From Alphaproteobacteria bacterium (GTDB lineage: Bacteria > Pseudomonadota > Alphaproteobacteria > Rs-D84): a stretch of DNA of 64,000 nucleotides. The notes beneath the pieces are model-generated. The model saw nothing but the letters and a program-made list of their open reading frames with translations, did no database searches and was not told the DNA's origin. Positions 1 through 8,073 of the stretch are shown piece by piece. The stretch is taken from assembly GCA_046881825.1 (NCBI GenBank), contig JBKSMS010000012.1, positions 25,103 through 89,102 on the forward strand. Direction: 5' to 3'. The position numbers were made by a program, and so were the translations under genes. How positions within the stretch are numbered: position 1 is the first letter of the stretch; each line of letters begins with the position of its first letter.

Positions 1-137
1 ATCAATTTAATCATGGCATTTTGACGAAAAGGCACACGCGGAGTCCACACATGCCCACATACCGCACATCTCACAGACGCATTAGGCATTTTATCCAAAG
101 TATATTCTGTTTTACAAAAATCACATATTATCTTCAT
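1..137 (-). CDS. Zinc-ribbon (MJ0042-type CxxC...CxxC) protein, N-terminal part; gene runs off the window
   Basis: Minus-strand ATG at 137-135 gives MKIICDFCKTEYTLDKMPNASVRCAVCGHVWTPRVPFRQNAM... This shows two CxxC pairs with the spacing typical of MJ0042-family finger-like domains. It lies 33 nt downstream of the prepilin-like gene trio on the same strand. It is absent from the ORF track because it is truncated by the window edge. Confidence 0.5.
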   Translation of the reverse strand, partial: MKIICDFCKTEYTLDKMPNASVRCAVCGHVWTPRVPFRQNAMIKL

Positions 138-170
138 CAGTTTTTCCTTTGATATTTCTTATAGCATAAA

Positions 171-1490
171 TTATTTCAAATTCAACACTTCATATTTAGC
201 CCGAATTTGTTCCTGCATACTGTTTATACCGTTTATATAATCACCAACTGTGGCATTTACATTAGCAACGATACCACTAAATATTGTTGTCGCTGAAGTT
301 CCAGGAACCGCTTCTAACCTCGCAATTTGTGATGCCATACGGTATAATTCTGGGAAATTAATATCTGCAAAACGCGCTTTCTTAGCTGCAACATCCCAAT
401 AAAACGAAGAATCTTTGGAATCTTGGATTTTTCCAGTAATCACCAATTTCGGCGTCACAGACCCTGTATACCCAACGGAAACATACGCAGCCGTAATATG
501 TCCCAGAATCAAATCCATATCCCCAATGATTTGCAATGTTGAAGATTTTCCGGCAGTCGGTGTCACTATAAAACCATTTAAAGTTAAATTATTTACATAC
601 AAATCATTAGTATAAAAATTAGAAAATTTTCCAGAATCTGCCAATGTCAATATTCCGCCCACATTCAAAGTTCTTGAATCAGATGTAAACGCACCATTTA
701 CAACAGCTGTGTTCGAAGCAAAAATCGCATCTACACTGGCACGATTTGAAAACACCAATGAATCAGCCATAATTTGACTTACTTTTAATTTTTCTTCAAA
801 TTGAGCTTTGGACGCATCAAAAAATTTTACTTTGGTTATATCATGTCCATCTAAATTCAGCGGGGACAACATTGTCGCATCACTTTCATTTTCCGAAGGA
901 AGACGCCACAAATATTCCGTATTACCGCGCATTGTTGATGTTATTCCGACCAAACCTTTTGTATCTTTGATACCGAAATCACTGGTATTACCATGGAACG
1001 CACCAAAACCACCATATGTCATATCACCTTCGATAAATCCAAATTGACCACCACCTAAATTTACTATTTCGCGTGTGCGAAGTGGGGTGATTTCGCTGTT
1101 AGACAAAATAACTATACCCTGTAATACAGATTTGTCACTTTGGTCCGCGGTTTTCAAAATACGCAACTGATAATCATCTTTGTAATTTTCAGCGATATAT
1201 TCAGGTAATCCGTAATTAACCAAATCACTTATTTTTACGCGCGATATATTTTTACCCTTTGGCTTCATCAATTCTGTTTTGTTTTCCACAATGTATCTTT
1301 CCAGTGCAGTTTGAACATTTTCCATCTGTTTTGTTATCGCAACATTTCTAGCGCGTTCCACAGCTGTTTGTTGATAGCGAAACACAAACGGAATAATTAT
1401 CGCCGCCAAAGCAATTGTCATCATCAATTCAACCAGCATTCCACCATGCTGTGTTTTATGCCAAAAAAAAGAAGTTTTTTTTCTTGTCAT
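171..1490 (-). CDS. Large prepilin-like protein C (class III signal-peptide-like N-terminus; PilV/shufflon-like or TadG-like)
   Basis: The N-terminus reads MTRKKTSFFWHKTQHG|GMLVELMMTIALAAIIIPFVF: a basic leader, Gly, Glu at +5, a hydrophobic helix and Pro at +18. An internal motif, YLWRLPSENESDATMLSPLNLDGHDITKV, recalls the PilV/shufflon constant region. The ATG at 1490 overlaps the upstream stop by 1 nt (TAATG). The ORF track alternative start is 1505. Confidence 0.6.
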   Translation of the reverse strand: MTRKKTSFFWHKTQHGGMLVELMMTIALAAIIIPFVFRYQQTAVERARNVAITKQMENVQTALERYIVENKTELMKPKGKNISRVKISDLVNYGLPEYIAENYKDDYQLRILKTADQSDKSVLQGIVILSNSEITPLRTREIVNLGGGQFGFIEGDMTYGGFGAFHGNTSDFGIKDTKGLVGITSTMRGNTEYLWRLPSENESDATMLSPLNLDGHDITKVKFFDASKAQFEEKLKVSQIMADSLVFSNRASVDAIFASNTAVVNGAFTSDSRTLNVGGILTLADSGKFSNFYTNDLYVNNLTLNGFIVTPTAGKSSTLQIIGDMDLILGHITAAYVSVGYTGSVTPKLVITGKIQDSKDSSFYWDVAAKKARFADINFPELYRMASQIARLEAVPGTSATTIFSGIVANVNATVGDYINGINSMQEQIRAKYEVLNLK

Positions 1491-2686
1491 TATTTGTTCT
1501 GCCAACCTTTCTGTATTATGTTTTTAAATTCAACTGCATCTGGGACAGATGGTATTGTTGCGCGTGTTAATATAAGCTTTGAAAAAGATGGTGGTGTTGG
1601 TGTTGGAAACAGCCAAGAACCAATTTTTAATGGTGCATCCCCAGTTAATAACAATTCGCCAGAAACCGTTAATCCAAAATTTTCAAAAAATGCTATGTCC
1701 GTAGCAGATAAATACGGGGTTAACAATTTCCCCATTGATATACCACCAAAACCACTTACTTTTTTCGCACTGCTGGATTTCAAAATTAAATTATTAGATA
1801 CATTTATTGAATTGCCTATTGTTGCCCTGTCAACAACTAATCTGCCATTTGTGGTGTATTTATTCCCATTTAGCATATCTGCGCGTATCATCTTAAATCC
1901 GTTTGTATCACCAGTCACACGCATTGAACCAACCGCCATGTTCATAGAATTCATATTTGCGCCCGCAGAAAAATAAACACTGTTCGCATCAATAACATCA
2001 GCATTTAAAAACACCGCATCAACATCTGTTATATTGGCAGAATCACCATCAATAGTGCTGACATTAAAAATGTTATAATTGTTCAAATGTAAATCGCGAT
2101 TCATTTGATTCAGATTATCTTCACCCATTGTGCCACGATGTAAAAATCTAGATTTATCCGCACCTTCAAAATCACGAGAAATTTTATAAATCAAATCACC
2201 AACATAAAAATCTTCTGGAGCGGACACAGCCCAGCTTTGAGAATAAGCAATTCCATCTTCACGCACAACCGCAGCATCTTCACCGATTTGCTTCGCGATA
2301 TTCGCTATTCTGTAAACAGATAAATCCAAATCAAAAGCCAAATAAACATCTGTGATTTCTGCGCCATTTACTTTGTATTTATCAATAAAACCACTGTGTG
2401 CCATTGGTGCTATTTCAGCAAGTTCTTCTTCACCCATTTTTATTTCCGCAACTTCATCCCATTGGGGTTGATTTATACGCAAATAATTTATAACAGAACC
2501 ACGCAAATCCACTATTTTATTTGCCGTTGCGATATCAGAAGATTCATGTGTCATGTCTATAATTTGATTATACAAAAAAGGCGATACAACAACAACGACA
2601 GCAACAGCCAATATAACCTCTGTCATTGTAGCGCCGCGTTGTGCCAATGTTATCGCGCGATTAAAATGTTTTTTACAAACAGTCAT
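1490..2686 (-). CDS. Large prepilin-like protein B
   Basis: The N-terminus reads MTVCKKHFNRAITLAQRG|ATMTEVILAVAVVVVVSPFLY, with Gly, Glu +5 and Pro +18. An internal motif is RFLHRGTMGEDNLNQMNRDLHLNNYNIFNV. The ATG at 2686 overlaps the upstream gene by 14 nt. The ORF track start at 2695 is a GTG. Confidence 0.6.
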   Translation of the reverse strand: MTVCKKHFNRAITLAQRGATMTEVILAVAVVVVVSPFLYNQIIDMTHESSDIATANKIVDLRGSVINYLRINQPQWDEVAEIKMGEEELAEIAPMAHSGFIDKYKVNGAEITDVYLAFDLDLSVYRIANIAKQIGEDAAVVREDGIAYSQSWAVSAPEDFYVGDLIYKISRDFEGADKSRFLHRGTMGEDNLNQMNRDLHLNNYNIFNVSTIDGDSANITDVDAVFLNADVIDANSVYFSAGANMNSMNMAVGSMRVTGDTNGFKMIRADMLNGNKYTTNGRLVVDRATIGNSINVSNNLILKSSSAKKVSGFGGISMGKLLTPYLSATDIAFFENFGLTVSGELLLTGDAPLKIGSWLFPTPTPPSFSKLILTRATIPSVPDAVEFKNIIQKGWQNK

Positions 2687-4055
2687 TTCTGCCACTTTTA
2701 AAACATTGTTTTATATCTATTCTTGCTTCTAATCTTTGCCAGAAAACATACTGACAAATTATGTTTTGTGCCAAAGACTTATTGTTATATGTTTCACCAA
2801 GACCTGTTATGATGTCTTTACAAGAAACCGTTTTTCCATCTGTATCCTTAGCATTTGCGATAATTTCAAAAGAATCATTGTTTATCGTATCCACATAAGC
2901 ATCTGGCAGTAAAGATGTTCCCGCAGGTCTAATATCAATCAACAAAGCCCCACTTTGCCCATTTAATAACCCATACGAAGTTTGATCACGCAACGATATG
3001 TTCGTAGCATAAATATTTTTAACTTCTATACCCATTTTTGTATTATATGACAAAGTGTCTGAATCTATATAAACATCTTGCCCACGCGAAGCATCGATGT
3101 AAGAAGCTATATCCAATCTATCTGTCGCAAAACTGAAATTATCAGCACGCACAGAACCATGAACCTGCCAATCAGATGGACCTGTGAAGCCTGTTTTTCC
3201 TTCTGCCATGGAAAATTCATGCACCGCTGCAGAATTAGATTCAAATCCACCTGCAGCGCCGAATTTAGAAATCGTCCTTAATGACAAATCACTAACATTT
3301 AATTCGCCGCGCAACAAAGACAAAGCCGAACCACCATCCGCGCTTTGAAAAACCGTTCTATTGGCATATAAATCTGATATTTTATTTTTTCCTTCGCGTC
3401 CTGATTCCAAACCATAAAGAACCAAAGTATTAAATTGCGCTGTTTCAAAAACACCATTTCGCGCAAACAAAACACCAACTTTGTCGACAGAATTATTATT
3501 CATATCTAATTCAGCCAAAAAGCCCACATTTTCATCTGTTTCTTTCTTAGACACAATATCCGAATACATTGTATCAATTGGAATATTTACTTCTATGCCA
3601 GAACCACGCAACACAGCATAAAAACCAATTCTGCGTGCCAATTCAGCCATCTGGATTCTTGATAATTTACCACCTTCGACATTTATGTATCCACGAATTC
3701 CATCTTGGTTTTTATCTATAACAAATGATAATTTTTGTTTAAAAATTGTTTCTGGCACAAATCCCAAAGGCAACCCATAATGTTCCAGTACATCAACAAA
3801 AGAATTTCCTGATAATTCTTGCTTTTTATATGGCAATTTATCTTTTTCTTCGCGCAAATAAATACGCGCAGCATTATACGCAGTTTCTATTTGTTCTGTG
3901 GCGGTATACATTTGCGCTGCAAAATCACGAGCTGACAATTTATTTGCAAAAAAAGGCATAAAAGCAAAAACCAGTGTTAATGCTAATAACGCTTGCAACA
4001 AGAAATTACCGTGTTGATTTTTCAAATAAAATCTCCCTCCTACACCGTCAATCAT
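2673..4055 (-). CDS. Large prepilin-like protein A (Gln at +5, pseudopilin-like)
   Basis: The N-terminus reads MIDGVGGRFYLKNQHG|NFLLQALLALTLVFAFMPFF, with Gly, Gln +5 and Pro +18. YGLPLGFVP is shared with protein C (YGLPEYI). Four Cys residues lie in the last 50 aa. It is the first gene of the minus-strand operon. Confidence 0.55.
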   Translation of the reverse strand: MIDGVGGRFYLKNQHGNFLLQALLALTLVFAFMPFFANKLSARDFAAQMYTATEQIETAYNAARIYLREEKDKLPYKKQELSGNSFVDVLEHYGLPLGFVPETIFKQKLSFVIDKNQDGIRGYINVEGGKLSRIQMAELARRIGFYAVLRGSGIEVNIPIDTMYSDIVSKKETDENVGFLAELDMNNNSVDKVGVLFARNGVFETAQFNTLVLYGLESGREGKNKISDLYANRTVFQSADGGSALSLLRGELNVSDLSLRTISKFGAAGGFESNSAAVHEFSMAEGKTGFTGPSDWQVHGSVRADNFSFATDRLDIASYIDASRGQDVYIDSDTLSYNTKMGIEVKNIYATNISLRDQTSYGLLNGQSGALLIDIRPAGTSLLPDAYVDTINNDSFEIIANAKDTDGKTVSCKDIITGLGETYNNKSLAQNIICQYVFWQRLEARIDIKQCFKSGRNDCL

Positions 4056-4183
4056 AGCAACTGAAAAAAATTATTGCAATCAGTTTTAAGATGTTATAAC
4101 ATGTATTCTGTTGGAACATTAAGTGATAAAAAAATTATCACTTGGTTAAGAAAAAGTATTTCCTTTATAAAAAAGAAAAGAAC

Positions 4184-4498
4184 ATGGCTAATAAAAAAAA
4201 TCAAACCCCTGTGGGACAGATGATTCAACGCTGTCATAAATGGCGTCAGAAAAGAAAACAATACATCGACCAGGCTCGTCAAACCAGTGACGAAATCGAA
4301 CGCGAACGTTTATTACAAGCGGCAGAACATTATTGTCGTATCGCTAATGAAGAACAGGCTAAAATCGATTCTTTGCGTGACCCAAAGGATAAAGCGGTCG
4401 CCGAAGAAATTGCTGAAAATTCTGAAAATACGGAACAAGGCGATTCTGGTGAAGAAGAAGAAATTGGCTTTCCTGATTTCATCACAAATTTAAAATAA
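4184..4498 (+). CDS. DUF4167-like small charged protein
   Basis: QYIDQARQTSDEIERERLLQAAEHYCRI resembles the conserved AENxxQHAEHYxRI core of alphaproteobacterial DUF4167 proteins. The tail is acidic. The ATG at 4184 is preferred over the TTG-extended ORF at 4142. Confidence 0.5.
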   Translation: MANKKNQTPVGQMIQRCHKWRQKRKQYIDQARQTSDEIERERLLQAAEHYCRIANEEQAKIDSLRDPKDKAVAEEIAENSENTEQGDSGEEEEIGFPDFITNLK

Positions 4499-4564
4499 AA
4501 TATTATCGTTTTTTAATTGAAATCGTATATTTATTTGCTATGCTTTTGACGACAAGGAAGCATT

Positions 4565-6106
4565 ATGGAAAATAATTATACTGTTTTAGCACGAAAATAC
4601 CGCAGTCAGAATTTTGAAACTCTTATTGGTCAAGATGTTTTGGTTAAAACCTTGACTACGGCTATAAATACGGGGCGCATCGCACATGCGTACATTTTCA
4701 CCGGGATACGCGGAACTGGGAAAACCAGTACTGCCCGTATTTTAGCAAAGGCTTTGAATTGTTTATCTTCGGATACAGCCACATCTAGACCATGTGGTGT
4801 GTGTGAAAATTGTCGCGCGATTGCGGCGGGTCAACATATTGATGTTATGGAAATTGACGCTGCTTCGCATACTGGTGTGGATAATATGCGCGAAATTTTA
4901 GATGCTGCGCTTTATCGGCCGACTAATGCACGATACAAGGTTTATATTATAGACGAAGTTCATATGTTATCGACCAGTGCTTTTAATGCATTGCTTAAAA
5001 CACTGGAAGAACCACCGGCACATGTGATATTTATTTTGGCTACGACAGAAATAAGAAAAGTGCCAGTCACTATTTTGTCGCGTTGCCAGCGATTTGATTT
5101 AGCACGCGTTCCTGTTGAAACATTAAAAAAACATTTTGCGTGGGTCGCAGAACAAGAAAAAATCACTTTATCAGACGAAGCCAATGAATTATTAGCACGC
5201 GCGGCAGATGGTTCTGTGCGTGACGGATTATCTTTGCTGGACCAGGCGATTGCACAAACTGGTGGTCATGTTGATGAAGGCGCGGTTCTTGATATGCTTA
5301 AACGAACAGACCGCGGCACAGTTGTTAATTTTATGAAAACCGTTCTGTCTGGTGACACCAGTGCAGCGTTAAACAAACTGGACGAAATTTATGCAAATGG
5401 GGCAGATTTAACAATGTTGCTTAACGACATGATGGAATGGACACATTGGGCAACGCGTATGTATCCTTCTTTGCGTTTACAAGAAGCATCGTCTTCGCCA
5501 TATACTGCGGATCAGCGCGAAACAATCAAAAAAATAAACGAAACGATATCATTAAATACTTTGTCCAGAATATGGCAGGTTATGGTTGCTGCGGTTCCTG
5601 AATTACAATCATCAAGTAATCAAAAACAATGTTTTGATATGTTGATTATACGATTGATGCATATTGCAGATATGCCGTCTATTCCAGAATTGTTAAAACA
5701 AGATTCTATCAAACAGGAAGAAAACAAATCTGAAAAAGCAGCGCCAGTTGCACCAGAAAAATCACAATATATTGATATAAAAAGTGCGAATGAATTGGTA
5801 AACGCATTACAAAATGCACGCGAATTATTGCTGTATTCTTATGTCAGTTCTAATTTGGAAATTCTGGAATTTGAAAATGGAAAAATAAAATATTTTGACA
5901 GACAAAACGATAAAAGTTTTCCACAAAAATTGACTTTGTGGTTAAAGGATAATACTGGTAAAAATTGGACACTTGAAATAACAAGTGAAGATCCAAAACA
6001 AGAAACAATTTCTGAACACAAAAAATCTGAAATCGCGGCGGATCCTATGGTGGCTGATGCGATGAATTTATTTGAAGGTGCAGAAATCGTTGGTGTATCT
6101 AAATAA
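4565..6106 (+). CDS. dnaX: DNA polymerase III subunit gamma/tau
   Basis: YRSQNFETLIGQD, Walker A GIRGTGKTSTARILAK, a Zn module CGVCENC, YIIDEVHMLS and SRCQRFDL are all present. Confidence 0.95.
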   Translation: MENNYTVLARKYRSQNFETLIGQDVLVKTLTTAINTGRIAHAYIFTGIRGTGKTSTARILAKALNCLSSDTATSRPCGVCENCRAIAAGQHIDVMEIDAASHTGVDNMREILDAALYRPTNARYKVYIIDEVHMLSTSAFNALLKTLEEPPAHVIFILATTEIRKVPVTILSRCQRFDLARVPVETLKKHFAWVAEQEKITLSDEANELLARAADGSVRDGLSLLDQAIAQTGGHVDEGAVLDMLKRTDRGTVVNFMKTVLSGDTSAALNKLDEIYANGADLTMLLNDMMEWTHWATRMYPSLRLQEASSSPYTADQRETIKKINETISLNTLSRIWQVMVAAVPELQSSSNQKQCFDMLIIRLMHIADMPSIPELLKQDSIKQEENKSEKAAPVAPEKSQYIDIKSANELVNALQNARELLLYSYVSSNLEILEFENGKIKYFDRQNDKSFPQKLTLWLKDNTGKNWTLEITSEDPKQETISEHKKSEIAADPMVADAMNLFEGAEIVGVSK

Positions 6107-6131
6107 AACAAAAAACAAAGGGCGAACAAAG

Positions 6132-6587
6132 ATGAGAGAGCAATCCGGGCGTTCATTAATAGAAATTGTCGGTGTTTTGGCGATTGGTGCAATCATGATA
6201 TCTGCGACATACAGCATATATCATTCAGCAAATGAAAACCAAAAACGGCTTGTTGCCGGCGAAGAATTAAAAGATATTGCTCAAAAGACTCATATTTTGT
6301 TGAATCATTCAGGGTATACAAATGTGTCTGTTGATTATTTAATCGAAGCTGGTGTTATAAATAATGATCGGGCACCAGCTGGTGGTAAAGACTGGTCCGT
6401 CACCAGCAATTATGAAGGCGATGAATTTTCAATAAATTTAGTGGATTTATCTTTCGAAGAATGTGCTTACTTTACAACAAAGAAATTTGATTGGGTCGAA
6501 TATTTGGTTGTTAATGGATATGATACATCAGATTCTTCGTATTGTATGAAAACTGGCGGAAACATAGTATCGTTTTTTGTAAAATAA
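6132..6587 (+). CDS. Type IV pilin-like protein (short leader)
   Basis: MREQSG|RSLIEIVGVLAIGAIMISATY has a 6-aa leader, Gly, Glu +5 and a hydrophobic helix. A C-terminal Cys pair (EEC...SYC) fits a pilin disulfide loop. The ATG at 6132 follows AAAGGGCG and lies after the dnaX stop. Confidence 0.7.
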   Translation: MREQSGRSLIEIVGVLAIGAIMISATYSIYHSANENQKRLVAGEELKDIAQKTHILLNHSGYTNVSVDYLIEAGVINNDRAPAGGKDWSVTSNYEGDEFSINLVDLSFEECAYFTTKKFDWVEYLVVNGYDTSDSSYCMKTGGNIVSFFVK

Positions 6588-6588
6588 A

Positions 6589-7269
6589 ATGAAAAGAAAA
6601 AACATTATTTTTATTGCTTTGGCTGTCTTACTTGCTGGGTGTTTACAATACCACAGCCCCAATCGTGCTGATTGGAATCAGTATTTATATGGCGCGTCTT
6701 TTATGGATATGACAGAAAATGCCAAAACGGCTAAATTGCCGGTGTATATGGGACATGGCGGCAAAGTTATAACACAAGATGGCAAATTATCAGCCAAAAT
6801 GCAATACGGCGATAAAAACAACCTGGATAATGCGGTTTTGTTGAATTATATGTCTAATTTAGAATATGAACTATATGATGCTTTGCGAAAGCCAGGAATT
6901 TCTGTTCAACGCGCAGGAACCGATGTAGTAATCATATTGGTTCGTGATGCAATTATGAAACCGGATGTTGCAGATATATCTGTTGACGGTGCAGACACAT
7001 TAAAAACCATTTCCAAAATATTGAACAAATATAACGCAACATTTATGGAAATTGCTGGATATACAGATTCTATGCAAGATAAAACTGCGGCGCATGCTTT
7101 GTCATTAGATATGGCAGAACGCGTTGCTGTATATTTTGCTCAACATCAAATTTCTACATCACGCATGTTTATTGTGGCTCGTGGTGCGGCGCGTCCTATT
7201 GCTGCCCAAGATGACATGGGACGATTGATGAATCGTCGCGTAGAAATAAGATTAAGCCCAGCCAGATAA
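6589..7269 (+). CDS. OmpA/MotB-like domain lipoprotein
   Basis: It has a lipobox LLAGC. The C-terminal OmpA-like domain reads AGYTDSMQD...ALSLDMAERVAVYF...RGAARPIA...NRRVEIRL. It starts 2 nt after the pilin stop. Confidence 0.75.
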   Translation: MKRKNIIFIALAVLLAGCLQYHSPNRADWNQYLYGASFMDMTENAKTAKLPVYMGHGGKVITQDGKLSAKMQYGDKNNLDNAVLLNYMSNLEYELYDALRKPGISVQRAGTDVVIILVRDAIMKPDVADISVDGADTLKTISKILNKYNATFMEIAGYTDSMQDKTAAHALSLDMAERVAVYFAQHQISTSRMFIVARGAARPIAAQDDMGRLMNRRVEIRLSPAR

Positions 7270-7343
7270 TCATTGATTTTTCTTATAAATATTGCTATAT
7301 TTCAACCAGTTAAAAACAACTATTAAACAAAAAGGAAGTAAAA

Positions 7344-8003
7344 ATGGCACAAACAAAAGAATTAAATCCAACAGTTAAAAAATATTCAAAAATGGGCATC
7401 ATTGCTGGGGTCGTGATTGTTGTGGCGTTGCTTGGCATTTGGGCAATAAGCGCTGCAAGACGCGGTGTATCTACTGAAACAGCTTTGAAAGAAGTGACAG
7501 AAACAGCTGTCACTGGGGCTGATTTGCGTATCGCAGTGGTCAGCATGGAACAAATCCAAAAAGAAGCAACTGTTTTGGAAGATTTACACAAACAACGCGC
7601 TTCATTTGAAAATAAATTGAAATCTAAATTGGAAAAAGAACAAAAAGCTATTGAAAAAGAAAAAGCAGATATCGAAAAATCACAAGATATGTTATCCCAA
7701 GAAGCTTTGCAAAGACGCGTTGTTGAATATCAAAAACGCGTAAGCCAATTCCAACGCGATTTGTCTGAAAATGCCCAGGCAATTGATGCCGCATATCAAG
7801 AAGCATTATCAACAATTCAAAAGAAACATCTGGATCCAATTATCGAAGGCATAATTGCAAAAAAGCATCTTGATTTGGTAATTGATGGTCGTATGGCGCG
7901 TGTCGGCAAAGAAATCAAAGGTCTTGATATCACAGACGAAGTGGTCAAAGCATTAAACAAAAAGATTTCTTCTGTTAAAATGGACACACCAAAAGGTCTG
8001 TAA
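7344..8003 (+). CDS. OmpH/Skp-family periplasmic chaperone-like protein
   Basis: An N-terminal hydrophobic segment is followed by a long coiled-coil KEQKAIEKEKADIEK...VEYQKRVSQFQRDL, typical of Skp/OmpH. Confidence 0.6.
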   Translation: MAQTKELNPTVKKYSKMGIIAGVVIVVALLGIWAISAARRGVSTETALKEVTETAVTGADLRIAVVSMEQIQKEATVLEDLHKQRASFENKLKSKLEKEQKAIEKEKADIEKSQDMLSQEALQRRVVEYQKRVSQFQRDLSENAQAIDAAYQEALSTIQKKHLDPIIEGIIAKKHLDLVIDGRMARVGKEIKGLDITDEVVKALNKKISSVKMDTPKGL

Positions 8004-8026
8004 AATCATAACAAAAAAAATATAAG

Positions 8027-8055
8027 AAAACACCGGCAAATGCCGGTGTTTTTTT
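8027..8055. terminator. Bidirectional rho-independent terminator (CACCGGCAAATGCCGGTG + T7)
   Basis: A perfect hairpin flanked by an A-run and a T-run sits between the convergent skp-like gene and infB. Confidence 0.85.
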
Positions 8056-8073
8056 ATTACAAAATAATTTATT

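Noticed and set aside
4094-4493. ORFs 4094-4282 (minus) and 4287-4493 (plus, alternative frame of the DUF4167-like gene)
   Set aside because: They are short and hydrophobic or basic AT-rich artefacts. They overlap the promoter region and a gene with a recognisable conserved motif.
5528-5534. A7 run in dnaX as a possible programmed frameshift or transcriptional slippage site producing a gamma subunit
   Set aside because: It is not the A-AAA-AAG heptamer. No downstream stem-loop was seen. The site is at about codon 322, probably still within the clamp-loader core, and A7-A8 runs are common in this genome.
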